A stretch of 28,131 nt of DNA from Gemmatimonadota bacterium. GTDB taxonomy: Bacteria; Latescibacterota; UBA2968; UBA8231. A program made the translations under genes and the position numbers. This document shows positions 7,788 to 17,178 of the stretch, piece after piece (position 1 is the stretch's first letter; each line of letters starts with the position of its first letter). The stretch covers positions 1 through 28,131 of the forward strand of contig JAYPJE010000049.1 of NCBI GenBank assembly GCA_038128265.1, read 5' to 3'. The notes beneath the pieces are model-generated. The model was given only the letters and a program-made list of their open reading frames with translations. It had not been told where the DNA came from and did not search any database.

Positions 7788-8261
7788 ATGCCCAGTGCAG
7801 ACCAAATGGGGTTTGAGTTTGGCGAAGCCCGTCCTGTGCGCTCAAGCGGGGACGAGGTGGAGCGTGCCTGTGTGCGCTGCCGCACGGCTGTGCCGGTGCC
7901 GGCGTGGTATGCCGAGCTGGTCGAACTGCATTTTTGCGGCGATGCCTGTCGCCAGCAGTGGGTTGAAGAGCAACCCGATTTTCAGCCGCGGCTGGGGATG
8001 CACAGCCGGCGCCGGGGTGCCAACTGGGACGAGCAGGCGCGGCGCGCAAGAGAGCGAGATGGCTATGCCTGCCGAGTTTGCGGCGTCACCGAAGAAGAGG
8101 TCGGACGGCAGCTCGACGTGCACCACAAAATTCCCTATCGCAGTTTCAAATCGAACGTCGAAGCAAACAAGCTTGAAAACCTCGTTTCCGTCTGCGCTTC
8201 GTGCCACGCGAAACTCGAGGCGCAGCTGCGCCGCGAATTGCCCCTCTTTGGCAAGGTATAG
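7788..8261 (+). CDS. HNH endonuclease with an N-terminal zinc-finger
   Basis: RERDGYACRVCG...LDVHHKIP...N.LENLVSVCASCH is a zinc-binding HNH. N-terminal CVRC...HFCGDAC is a second Zn site. Confidence 0.9.
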   Translation: MPSADQMGFEFGEARPVRSSGDEVERACVRCRTAVPVPAWYAELVELHFCGDACRQQWVEEQPDFQPRLGMHSRRRGANWDEQARRARERDGYACRVCGVTEEEVGRQLDVHHKIPYRSFKSNVEANKLENLVSVCASCHAKLEAQLRRELPLFGKV

Positions 8262-8279
8262 CCCGGCGGCTGGGGGGAA

Positions 8280-9167
8280 ATGAGTCAGAGCGAATTGGAT
8301 TTTAGCATTGTAATGCCCGCCTTTAACGAGGCGGGGGCTATTGGCCCTGTGCTCGCTCGGCTGAAGGGGGAACTCGACGCGCTCGAGCGGCGCTATGAGA
8401 TTCTCGTCGTATCCGATGGTTCGACCGATGGGACGGCTGATGAAGTGCGCGCAGTCGGGGGGGTGGTGCGCCTCCTTGAACATCCCTACAACATGGGCAA
8501 TGGCGCGGCAATCAAGACCGGTATTCGCCATGCGCGCGGCCGGGTGCTCGTGTGTATGGATGCCGACGGGCAGCATCGACCGGAAGACATTCCGCGCTTT
8601 TTGGACGAATGCGAGCGCTACGATATGGTCGTGGGCGCGCGCAGTCGCGCTTCTCAGGCCGGCTGGCACAGAAGTTTAGCCAACCGCATCTACAATTCAT
8701 TTGCCAGCTACGTGACGGGGCGGCGAATCGAAGACCTGACTTCCGGTTATCGGGCCATGCGGCGCAGCGTTGCGCAGCGCTTTGTCGGCCTGCTGCCCAA
8801 CGGCTTTTCCTACCCAACGACGATTACGCTGTGTATGCTGCGCGCCGGTTTTAGCGTTGCCTACATTCCCATAGAGGCGCCCAAACGAGTGGGGAAGAGC
8901 AAGATCCGCGTCCTGTCGGACGGGCCTAAGTTTCTCATAGTCATCATGAAGATCTGCATGCTTTTCGCGCCGCTGAAAATTTTCCTACCCGTCAGCACCT
9001 ATTTGTTTCTGATGGGGGTGGGCTACTACGGCTACACGTTTTTTACCGAGCATCGCTTCACCAATATGTCCATGCTGCTCTTTACGACTTCGGTCATGAT
9101 ATTCATGATGGGGCTGATTGCCGAGCAGGTGGCGCTTATGCGCTCAGAGCGAGCTGAGAGCGCATAA
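8280..9167 (+). CDS. Glycosyltransferase family 2 (polyprenyl-phosphate/DPM-synthase-like)
   Basis: SIVMPAFNEA, VVSDGSTDGT, N.GNGAAIKTG, MDADGQH, DLTSGYRA motifs and two C-terminal TM helices. Confidence 0.92.
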   Translation: MSQSELDFSIVMPAFNEAGAIGPVLARLKGELDALERRYEILVVSDGSTDGTADEVRAVGGVVRLLEHPYNMGNGAAIKTGIRHARGRVLVCMDADGQHRPEDIPRFLDECERYDMVVGARSRASQAGWHRSLANRIYNSFASYVTGRRIEDLTSGYRAMRRSVAQRFVGLLPNGFSYPTTITLCMLRAGFSVAYIPIEAPKRVGKSKIRVLSDGPKFLIVIMKICMLFAPLKIFLPVSTYLFLMGVGYYGYTFFTEHRFTNMSMLLFTTSVMIFMMGLIAEQVALMRSERAESA

Positions 9168-10318
9168 TGGAAATGCGCATTGTCTTTTTTGGTACCTATG
9201 TCCTATCCGACGCGTACCCAGTCAACAAGGTCCTGTATGAGGGGACGCGCGCCGCGGCGCATGAGGTTCAGGCTTGCCGCGTCGAACTGTGGCAGGGCTT
9301 TCTACACCGCGCTTTCGGCGGCGGGCTTGGGCACTGGCTGCGATGGAGTTTGCGTGCCCTGGGGGGCTATGCCCGTCTGCTATGGCAGTATCTGCGCTGC
9401 GGTGAACACGCCGTTGTCGTCGTGGGCTATCCAGGCTATCTGGATATTGTTGTAGCACGGCTACTCAATCTGTTTTCGCGCCGCCTATTGGTGCTGGTGT
9501 CTTTTATCTCTCTCTATGACACGGTCGTGCTAGACCGAGGACGCGTTGGCCCTCAGAAGCTGCGAGCCCGATTGCTTTACGCATTGGACCGGCTCGCCTT
9601 TCGCTGCGCTGACTGGGTGCTAGTCGATACGCAGGCTCTCGCCACGTACTATGCCGAACTGTTTGACCTGCCGTTAAATACTTTTCGCAAAAGCATGGTG
9701 GGCAACGTCTTTGATCGGTTTCAGCCGGTCGCATGGCAGCAGCGAGAAGACGCCGTCCTGCGCGTGCTGTTCTTTGGCACCTACGTGCCGCTGCACGGGG
9801 CTGAATTCATCGTTGAAGCGGCCGAGGTGCTGCGCGCTGCGCCCGTCGAGTTTACCCTGATTGGCCAGGGACAGGACTTTGAATCTGTGCGCCGGCGCGC
9901 AGGGGAAAGTGGCCTGGAACATATCCGCTTTGTCGAAGAATGGTACAGCGTCGAGCAGCTGGCCGAGGCGATGCGCCAGGCCGATGTCTGTCTGGGGATT
10001 TTCGGTGCGACGGCCAAGGCCGCGCGCGTAATACCGTACAAAGTGTTTGGCGCGCTGGCCCTAGCGCGCCCCGTTATCACGCGCGACTCGCCGGCCATCC
10101 GCGAGCTGCTGGTCGACGGCGAATCGGCCCTGCTCTGCCCGGCCGCCGATGGGGAGGCGCTGGCCGCATCGATTGAACGGTTGCGCGCCGAGCCCGATCT
10201 GTGCCAACAGCTGGGCCAAAACGGCTATGCTCGTTACCAGGCACACGCTACGCGCGAGGCTATTGGCCGCGACTTTGTAGAGGCGCTAAAGGGAGAGGTG
10301 GACCAGCGTGGACGCTAG
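9167..10318 (+). CDS. Glycosyltransferase family 4 (GT-B)
   Basis: VLFFGTYVPLHG, ADVCLGIFG..KAARVIPYKVF.ALALARPVIT.DSPAIRELL.DG motifs. Confidence 0.88.
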   Translation: MEMRIVFFGTYVLSDAYPVNKVLYEGTRAAAHEVQACRVELWQGFLHRAFGGGLGHWLRWSLRALGGYARLLWQYLRCGEHAVVVVGYPGYLDIVVARLLNLFSRRLLVLVSFISLYDTVVLDRGRVGPQKLRARLLYALDRLAFRCADWVLVDTQALATYYAELFDLPLNTFRKSMVGNVFDRFQPVAWQQREDAVLRVLFFGTYVPLHGAEFIVEAAEVLRAAPVEFTLIGQGQDFESVRRRAGESGLEHIRFVEEWYSVEQLAEAMRQADVCLGIFGATAKAARVIPYKVFGALALARPVITRDSPAIRELLVDGESALLCPAADGEALAASIERLRAEPDLCQQLGQNGYARYQAHATREAIGRDFVEALKGEVDQRGR

Positions 10319-11093
10319 TGAGCCGATTGTGAGGGCCCACTGGGGTGAAAGCGAGATTCGCGGTCCCGTGCACCTGTTTCGCGAGCGCCTACTCATGCGC
10401 CTGTTCCGCCCATTGCTCGAACGGGGGCGCGTGCTTGATGCCGGCTGCGGTAGCGGCAGCATGGCATTGGATTTATGCGCAGCCGGTTATGAAGTCGACG
10501 CGGTGGAGCAATCAGACGAGTTTGTCGATGCCGTCCAGCATAAAGTGGCTGAGCGCGGCTGGCAGGAGCGCCTGCGCGTGCAGCAGGCCTCGGTGACGCA
10601 GCTGCCATTTGAGGATAATGCATTTGATGGCCTGGTCTGCGGTGAAGTGCTCGAGCACGTTCTGCCCGAAGACGGGGGAGATGAAGCGGCCGTGCGCCAG
10701 TTTTACCGAGTGCTCAAGCCAGGCGGTGCGCTGGTGGCCAGCGTTCCGCTCAATCCGCGTCTGTGGGATTTTAGCGACGATTGGGCCCGCCACGTGAAGC
10801 GCTATCGGCGCGGCGAATTTATCGCGCTCTTTGCAGACAACGGCTTTGCCGTTGAACGGGTGCGCGTTTGGGGGTTTCCCCTCGGCCGCATATACCACCG
10901 CCTGCTCTTTGCTCCGTGGCTGCTTCGCACGCAGGGGCAGAATATAGCGCAGCGGGAAGGGCGCGCTGATACGCGAGCCGGACGCCATCGCCTAGTTGTT
11001 GAAAGCATTGCATGGGCGCTGCGCGCCGACGAACTCTTTGCGCGCTGGCCGTGGGGACGCGGCGTAGTCGTGGCCGCGCGGCGCCTGGCCTAG
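10308..11093 (+). CDS. Class I SAM-dependent methyltransferase
   Basis: VLDAGCGSG, LPFEDNAFD, EVLEHV, RVLKPGG, H.KRY motifs (Methyltransf_11/23 type, common in glycan loci). Confidence 0.9.
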   Translation: MDASEPIVRAHWGESEIRGPVHLFRERLLMRLFRPLLERGRVLDAGCGSGSMALDLCAAGYEVDAVEQSDEFVDAVQHKVAERGWQERLRVQQASVTQLPFEDNAFDGLVCGEVLEHVLPEDGGDEAAVRQFYRVLKPGGALVASVPLNPRLWDFSDDWARHVKRYRRGEFIALFADNGFAVERVRVWGFPLGRIYHRLLFAPWLLRTQGQNIAQREGRADTRAGRHRLVVESIAWALRADELFARWPWGRGVVVAARRLA

Positions 11094-11115
11094 CGCGGCT
11101 ATTAGAGGATACAAT

Positions 11116-12138
11116 ATGGTGGGGATTGCCGTAGTGGGCGCCGGCTATTGGGGCCCGAACCTAATACGCAACTTTGCAGCTGTGGGTAGCCTTGCAGGGG
11201 TGATAGATCGAGATGAGGAACGTTTAAATCGACTTCGCTCGGCCTATCCCGGCGCGCTCTTTGCTGCGGATATCGACGATGCGCTCGCCAGCGAAGCGGT
11301 GCACGGCATTGCGTTGGCCACGCCGGCAGCTTCTCACTATGCGCTGGCAAAGCAGGTGCTGCGGGCAGGCAAGGCTGTGTTTGTCGAAAAACCGCTGGCA
11401 CAGACAGCAGACGAGTGCCGCGAGCTTATGCACATCGCCGAAGATACGGGCGCGGTACTGATGGTTGGGCACACCTTTGAGTACAACGCCGCCGTGCAGT
11501 ATGTCGACGAGTGCATCGCGCGCGGCGAATTGGGGCAGATCTACTACATCTATTCGCAGCGCCTCAACCTAGGTGTCGTGCGCCGGGATATCAACGCGCT
11601 GTGGAACTTGGCGCCCCACGACATTTCGATCGCGCTGCGCTGGCTCAAGCAACGCCCTCGGCGCGTCGATGCGCGCGGTTATACCTATCTGCAGCCGGGT
11701 ATTGAGGACGTGGTCTATCTAAATATGGAATTTGACGGCGGCGTTGCCGTGCACGTGCACGTCAGCTGGCTCGACCCGAGCAAGGTGCGTCGTATGACGG
11801 TAGTCGGCAGCGAAAAGATGGCCGTCTATGACGACGCCAGCACGGAGGCCAAGATACAGCTCTACGACAAGGGCATTGACCGGCGCGGCATCGACGGTTC
11901 GCTGGGGGACTTCGACTCGTTCGGGAAATTTCAGCTGATTCAGCGGGCCGGCGATGTGCTGCTGCCGCGCATCGATTTTTCTGAACCGCTGCGCACCGAG
12001 TGCCAGCACTTTGTCGACTGTATTGCCGAAGGGAAAAAACCGCTGACCGACGGCGAAAACGGCCTGCGCGTGGTCGAGGTGTTGGAAGCGGCGTCGCGCT
12101 CGCTGGAGCGCGGAGGCGTCAGTATCGAAATAGACTAG
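11116..12138 (+). CDS. Gfo/Idh/MocA family oxidoreductase (nucleotide-sugar dehydrogenase-like)
   Basis: VVGAGYWGPNLIRNF, ATPAASH, VFVEKPLA, LMVGHTFEYN, LAPHDIS, HVSWLDPSKVR motifs. RBS GAGGA. Confidence 0.92.
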   Translation: MVGIAVVGAGYWGPNLIRNFAAVGSLAGVIDRDEERLNRLRSAYPGALFAADIDDALASEAVHGIALATPAASHYALAKQVLRAGKAVFVEKPLAQTADECRELMHIAEDTGAVLMVGHTFEYNAAVQYVDECIARGELGQIYYIYSQRLNLGVVRRDINALWNLAPHDISIALRWLKQRPRRVDARGYTYLQPGIEDVVYLNMEFDGGVAVHVHVSWLDPSKVRRMTVVGSEKMAVYDDASTEAKIQLYDKGIDRRGIDGSLGDFDSFGKFQLIQRAGDVLLPRIDFSEPLRTECQHFVDCIAEGKKPLTDGENGLRVVEVLEAASRSLERGGVSIEID

Positions 12139-12152
12139 ATGGGGGGCTGCAC

Positions 12153-13097
12153 GTGTATAAAGACAAAAAGATATCGCTGGTCATTCCGGCCCACAACGAA
12201 GAGCGTTTGATACGCCCTACGCTGGAAGGCGTGCCCGATACCATAGATCGGGTCTACGTAATTGACGACGCCAGCCAGGATAGCACCTGCGAAGTAGTCG
12301 AGCGATTCGCCGAGGAAGACGGGCGCGTAGTCCTGCTGCGCCACGAAGTAAATAAGGGCGTTGGTGCGGCTATTATTACCGGCTACTTACAGTCGAGCAC
12401 TGACGGCTACGATATCGCGGTAGTGGTCGGCGGTGACAACCAAATGCCGTTAGAAGTAGTCGATGAGCTAATCGAACCGGTGGCTAGCGGCGCTTTTGAC
12501 TACGCCAAGGGGAATCGCTTTCTCATGCCGCAGGTTGGCTTGGACGGCATGCCGTGGACGCGCTTTATCGGCAATGCGCTGATCTCTATTATGACCAAAA
12601 TGGCCTCGGGTTTCTATAAGATCTTCGACGTGGTCGATGGCTATACGGCCATTAGCAAGCGCGCGATCGATATGATCGACTGGAACAAGGCGTGGAAGGG
12701 CTACGGTTATCCGATGGACTTTCTCGTGCGGCTCAATGCCTACGGTCTGCGCGTCAAAGACGTGCCGCGCCGGGCCATTTACCTGGAGGGGGAGCGTCAG
12801 TCGCAGATCAAAGGAGTCGACTATGCGCTGCGCGTAACGCCGATGATGGTGCGGGGTTTCTTTTGGCGCCTGCTGAGCAAATACCTCATTCGCGACTTTC
12901 ACCCGCTGTTTTTCTTTTATCTCTTTGGTCTGTTTTTGCTGCCGTTGGGCGTGCTCTACGGTGCTTTTCTCATTTACCAGCAGTTTACCGGCGAAGGCGT
13001 AACAGGGCCGCGTTCTGTGGTGTGCGCGCTGATGATTATCATGGGTATCCAATTCCTGCTCTTTGCCATGCTCTACGATATGCAGGAGAGCGAATGA
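12153..13097 (+). CDS. Glycosyltransferase family 2 (polyprenyl-phosphate-sugar synthase-like)
   Basis: Probable start is GTG 12153 (MYKDKKISLVIPAHNEE), not 12000. Motifs IDDASQD, N.GVGAAIITGY, GDNQM, YAKGNRF, plus two C-terminal TM helices. Confidence 0.9.
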   Translation: MYKDKKISLVIPAHNEERLIRPTLEGVPDTIDRVYVIDDASQDSTCEVVERFAEEDGRVVLLRHEVNKGVGAAIITGYLQSSTDGYDIAVVVGGDNQMPLEVVDELIEPVASGAFDYAKGNRFLMPQVGLDGMPWTRFIGNALISIMTKMASGFYKIFDVVDGYTAISKRAIDMIDWNKAWKGYGYPMDFLVRLNAYGLRVKDVPRRAIYLEGERQSQIKGVDYALRVTPMMVRGFFWRLLSKYLIRDFHPLFFFYLFGLFLLPLGVLYGAFLIYQQFTGEGVTGPRSVVCALMIIMGIQFLLFAMLYDMQESE

Positions 13098-14290
13098 CGC
13101 CGGGCAAGGTGCTGATGCTGACGACCGGTTTTCCGCGCTTTGTCGGCGATCTCTTTGGCTCCTTTGTGTTTGAGCAAGCTCGCGCCCTTGCCGCGCGCGG
13201 CGTGGCGGTAGACGTGCTGGCCCCGCACGAGCGGGGTATCGCGCGAAGCGAAGAGGTCTGCGGCGTCGGCGTGCGGCGCTTTCGCTATGCGTGGCCGGCC
13301 GCGCTGCAAAAAGTAGCCTACGGTGGGGGGATTCCAACCAACGTACGGCGCAGTTGGTTGGTGCGTTTTGAGCTGCCCTTTTTCCTGCTGGGCTATGTAT
13401 TAGGCGCACGTCGTTGCGCCGGTCGGGTCGACTTGGTGCACTGCCATTGGACCGTATCCGGCCTAGTGGCCCTGTGGGCCTTCGGGCGCAAGAAAAAGAT
13501 CGTGTTGAGCGTGCGCGGCAGCGACGTCAACCTCTTTAATAGAGGCATTTTGCGCCGGTTGAACGGATACATTACTGGGCGCATGGATCGCATCGTAGCC
13601 GTCAGTGCCGACATTCGCGAGCAGCTGGCTGCTGGGGGCGTTGAGCGTGAGAAAATCGCCGTAATATACAACGGCGTCGACGAGCGCTTTTGCCCCGGGG
13701 ATCGGGAGAGACAGCGCCAAGCGCTGGAGATCCCCCACGACCACTTTGTCCTCTTATTTGTGGGGCTTCTCGTGCCTGTAAAAGGAGTGGAAACCCTACT
13801 TGAAGCGCTCGAGGCGTGGCAAGGGGAGTCTAATTGGACCTGTCTCCTTGTGGGGGATGGGCCGCTCAGCGACGAGCTGAAGGCGCGCTGTGTAGAGCTA
13901 GGCGTTGCGGATGCCGTGCGCTTTGTCGGTCGGCGTCCGTCGGGGGAAATACCGCAGTGGATGCAGGCGGCCGATGTCCTCGTGCTGCCCAGCTATTCGG
14001 AGGGCCGGCCCAATGTCGTGCTCGAGGCGCAGGCCTGCGGTCTGCCCGTTGTCGCCACGCGCGTGGGCGGTACGCCCGAATTGGTGTGCGATGGAGAAAC
14101 GGGTGTGCTCGTTGACAGCGGCAGCGCCGAGCAGTTCCACGCCGCATTGGATGCCCTGCGCAAAGAGCCTGCCCGTCGAAGCGAAATGGGGCGGCAGGCG
14201 CGCCGGCACGTGGAGGAGAGCGGACAGACCTGGGCGCGCAGTGCCGAGGCGCTGCACGCTCTCTACGCGGACGTCCTCGAGGAGAGCTAA
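13094..14290 (+). CDS. Glycosyltransferase family 4
   Basis: Probable start is ATG 13094 (ATGA overlap; MTPGKVLMLTTGFPRF). Motifs LFVGLLVPVKG, ADVLVLPSYSEGRPNVVLEAQACGLPVVATRVGGTPE. Confidence 0.92.
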   Translation: MTPGKVLMLTTGFPRFVGDLFGSFVFEQARALAARGVAVDVLAPHERGIARSEEVCGVGVRRFRYAWPAALQKVAYGGGIPTNVRRSWLVRFELPFFLLGYVLGARRCAGRVDLVHCHWTVSGLVALWAFGRKKKIVLSVRGSDVNLFNRGILRRLNGYITGRMDRIVAVSADIREQLAAGGVEREKIAVIYNGVDERFCPGDRERQRQALEIPHDHFVLLFVGLLVPVKGVETLLEALEAWQGESNWTCLLVGDGPLSDELKARCVELGVADAVRFVGRRPSGEIPQWMQAADVLVLPSYSEGRPNVVLEAQACGLPVVATRVGGTPELVCDGETGVLVDSGSAEQFHAALDALRKEPARRSEMGRQARRHVEESGQTWARSAEALHALYADVLEES

Positions 14291-14291
14291 A

Positions 14292-16183
14292 ATGTGCGGC
14301 ATTGTCGGAACCGTATACTCCGAAGGACAGGGCCCGGTAGAAGAGGCCACGGTGCGCGCCATGTGCGATGCCATCGTTCACCGCGGTCCGGACGAGGAGG
14401 GCTTCTTTTTTGAGGGGCATGTTGGCCTGGGCATGCGCCGTCTGCGCGTTATTGATCTAGAGGCTGGACAGCAGCCGATGGAAAACGAAGATGGCAGCCT
14501 GCGCGTCGTCTTTAACGGCGAAATTTACAACTTTCAGCAGCTGCGTAAGGGGCTGCGCGAGCGGGGCCATGTCCTGCGCTCGAATTCCGACACGGAAGTA
14601 ATTCTCCACCTTTACGAAGAGCACGGCGTCGAGTGTTTTGCCCATTTGCGCGGGATGTTCGCCATCGCGCTGTGGGATCGCAAGCGCCGCGAACTGGTCT
14701 TGGCGCGCGATCGGCTGGGCAAAAAACCCCTCTTTTACGCGCAGACGGCGCGTGGGATCAGCTTTTCTTCAGAGTTAAATAGTTTACTCTGCGATTCACA
14801 GATCGAGCGGGCCATCGATCCGCAGGCGCTTGACGAATACCTCAGCTACCTTTTTGTGCCGCATCCGCGCACGATCTATAAGGGGGTGAGCAAGCTGCCC
14901 CCAGCCAGCTGGGCCGTGTTTTCCGAAGGGCAACTGCGCACCGGGCGCTATTGGCACGTCGAGTATCGAGAGCCCACGCCGTCGCCTCCACTGAACGAGC
15001 AGGTTGATGCGCTCGATGCACTGCTGCGCGAAGCGGTCGCTCTGCGCCTGGTGGCTGACGTTCCGGTCGGCGCTTTCTTGAGCGGCGGGCTGGATTCAAG
15101 CCTAATCGTCGCACTGATGCGCGCGGTGGGCCACCAGCGCGTGCGCACTTTTTCCATCGGGTTTAGCGAATCGTCCTTTGACGAGCTGGCCTATGCGCGT
15201 CAGGTCGCCGATGCACTGGAAACGCAGCACGAGGAGTGCGTCGTCGACTATCAGGTGGATGAGCTCGTCCCCCGCCTGCTGCGCCACTTTGGTGAGCCCT
15301 TTGCCGACTCATCGGCGATTCCCGTCTATCACCTGGCGCATATGACGCGACAGGGGGTAACGGTTGCGCTCAGCGGCGACGGCGGCGATGAAATCTTTGG
15401 TGGCTATCGGCGCTATCAGGCGCGCCTGCTGGCCGATCGCTACAATCGTTGGCCTGGCTGGGCCGGGCGCGGGCTGGGCGAGTGGGCGTTGGAGAGCGTG
15501 CCCGAGCCCGACGGCTATTACGGCAAGAGCTGGCGCAAGAAAGGGCGGCGTTTTGTAGAGTTCGCGCGCGCTGTGCGCGAGGCGCCGCATACAAGTTGGG
15601 CTTTTTTTTTACCCAAAAAGAAAAAAGTGCGCTGTATGCGGAAAATTTTGCCGATACACTCAGTAAGGAACGGGCAGAACCAAGTTATACCGAGTATTGG
15701 GAAGCGGCGGCGCGGGCAGGCGAGCAGCGCATGCTGCGCACCGATCTGAGCACCTATTTAACCGACGATATTTTGGTAAAAGTTGATCGCATGAGCATGG
15801 CGCACTCGCTTGAAGTCCGTTCGCCGCTGCTCGATCACGAGGTTATAGAATTTATGGCGCGCGTGCCTCGCCAACAGAAATATACCTACGGGCAGAGCAA
15901 GATCCTGCTGCGCGCGCTGGCTGAGCGCTATGTGCCCAAGGCGATTCTCGACCGACCCAAACAGGGATTTGCCATTCCGCTGGGCGCGTGGCTGCGCGGT
16001 CCCTTGCGTCCCTGGCTTCAGGAAGTGCTGCTGGCGCCTAGCGCTGTTCAGCGCGGTCTGTTTGCGCGCGATGCGCTGAGGTCCATGGTGGACGACCACA
16101 TCGCGCAGCGGCGCGACTACAGCCAGCAACTGTGGGCTTTGCTCATGCTTGAAACGTGGTTTATCGAAAGGGAAAAAGCGTGA
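14292..16183 (+). CDS. asnB: Asparagine synthase (glutamine-hydrolysing)-like amidotransferase, split by a 1-nt frameshift at the T9 run 15602-15610
   Basis: MCGIVG Ntn N-terminus at 14292, then [49 protein letters not shown]. The C-terminal motifs [21 protein letters not shown] and RPKQGFAIP lie in the -1 frame (ORF 15449-16183). One extra T gives a continuous 630-aa protein. Confidence 0.9.
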
Positions 16184-17178
16184 AAATGCGCTGGGCACAG
16201 GGCGTGCGCGCTGTTGGTCTAGGCATTCTTGCATGGCTGATTACCCGGGCTGATTGGGGACAGCTACACGCGCATCTAGTTGGAGTAGATATTCACTACC
16301 TGCTTGCTATGCCGCTATTTACGGTATTGATGGTCGCCGTGCGGGCCTGGCGTTGGAATCGCCTCTTGGGCGTGCACGGGGCGCCTTTTTCGCCTTGGAG
16401 GGCGTGGACGGCCTATGCGACAGGTGTGTTTTTAGGCGCGTTTACGCCGGGGCGTCTGGGGGATCTGGCCAAAGCCCTGTATGCGCGCGACGAGCGCGGT
16501 TTGCCGTGGAGTCAGGCCTTAGCCGGCGCCGTGTTAGACCGCCTATTCGACGTTGTATGCATGGGTCTGTTGGCGCTGTGGGCGCTCGCCCACCTGGGAT
16601 GGTTGGGCGCGTGGCGAGGGGGGGGACTGCCGACCGAAAGCGGGTGGGTGCTTGGTGGCTTGCTTTTTGCTGTGGCTGTAGGGGCGGGCTGTGTCCGCCT
16701 TATGCTGCGCACACAGCTTTCCCATGCAGGGACTTTGGTGCGGCTAAAGGCCTTTTTAGGCGGCATGGGGGACCAGGTCAGCATGCTGTTTCGCGCCGTT
16801 GGTAAGAGCGCGCTGGCGCTCACCTTGCTCGCCTACATCATCTATTTTGCGCAGACGATTTGCATTGCGCGGGCCCTCTACCTTCCGCTGTCGGCTGCCG
16901 ACGTTGTAGCGGCGATTGTTCTGGTGGGGTTGGCCTCGTTTTTGCCGCTCTCCGTTGCCGGTTTGGGCACGCGCGAGGGCCTGTTGGCGCTGATCATGGC
17001 GCATAGAGCAGTGCCGGAGAGTTTGGAGGCGGCCCTGGCTTACTCGGCGCTGTTTTTTGCTTTTTGCTTTGCCATCCCTGGCCTATTGGGTTTTGCCTGT
17101 TTTTGGGCGCGCCCGCTATCTCTTGGGGCACTGCGGAATACGGCGAGCAGTGAATTTAACGCAGGGGAAGACGGATAA
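16180..17178 (+). CDS. UPF0104 / LPG-synthase-TM flippase-like membrane protein
   Basis: [37 protein letters not shown] motifs and several TM helices. Start is GTG 16180 (GTGA overlap) or ATG 16186. Confidence 0.88.
   Translation: MKMRWAQGVRAVGLGILAWLITRADWGQLHAHLVGVDIHYLLAMPLFTVLMVAVRAWRWNRLLGVHGAPFSPWRAWTAYATGVFLGAFTPGRLGDLAKALYARDERGLPWSQALAGAVLDRLFDVVCMGLLALWALAHLGWLGAWRGGGLPTESGWVLGGLLFAVAVGAGCVRLMLRTQLSHAGTLVRLKAFLGGMGDQVSMLFRAVGKSALALTLLAYIIYFAQTICIARALYLPLSAADVVAAIVLVGLASFLPLSVAGLGTREGLLALIMAHRAVPESLEAALAYSALFFAFCFAIPGLLGFACFWARPLSLGALRNTASSEFNAGEDG

Noticed and set aside
7788..8261. IscB/Cas9-like effector or mobile element
   Set aside because: Only 157 aa, with no RuvC, bridge helix or PLMP motif, and no terminal repeats, transposase or CRISPR array nearby.
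7842..8669. 275-aa minus-strand ORF, and the alternative + frame ORF 7795-8283
   Set aside because: Both overlap the well-supported HNH/GT2 genes and have no recognisable domain.
12468..13409. 313-aa minus-strand ORF
   Set aside because: Antisense to the GT2/GT4 genes, with no motif support.
12000..14291. Long N-terminal extensions in ORF-track calls starting at 12000, 12692 and 13905
   Set aside because: They overlap upstream genes. Family motifs begin at 12153, 13094 and 14292 (MCG must be N-terminal in AsnB).
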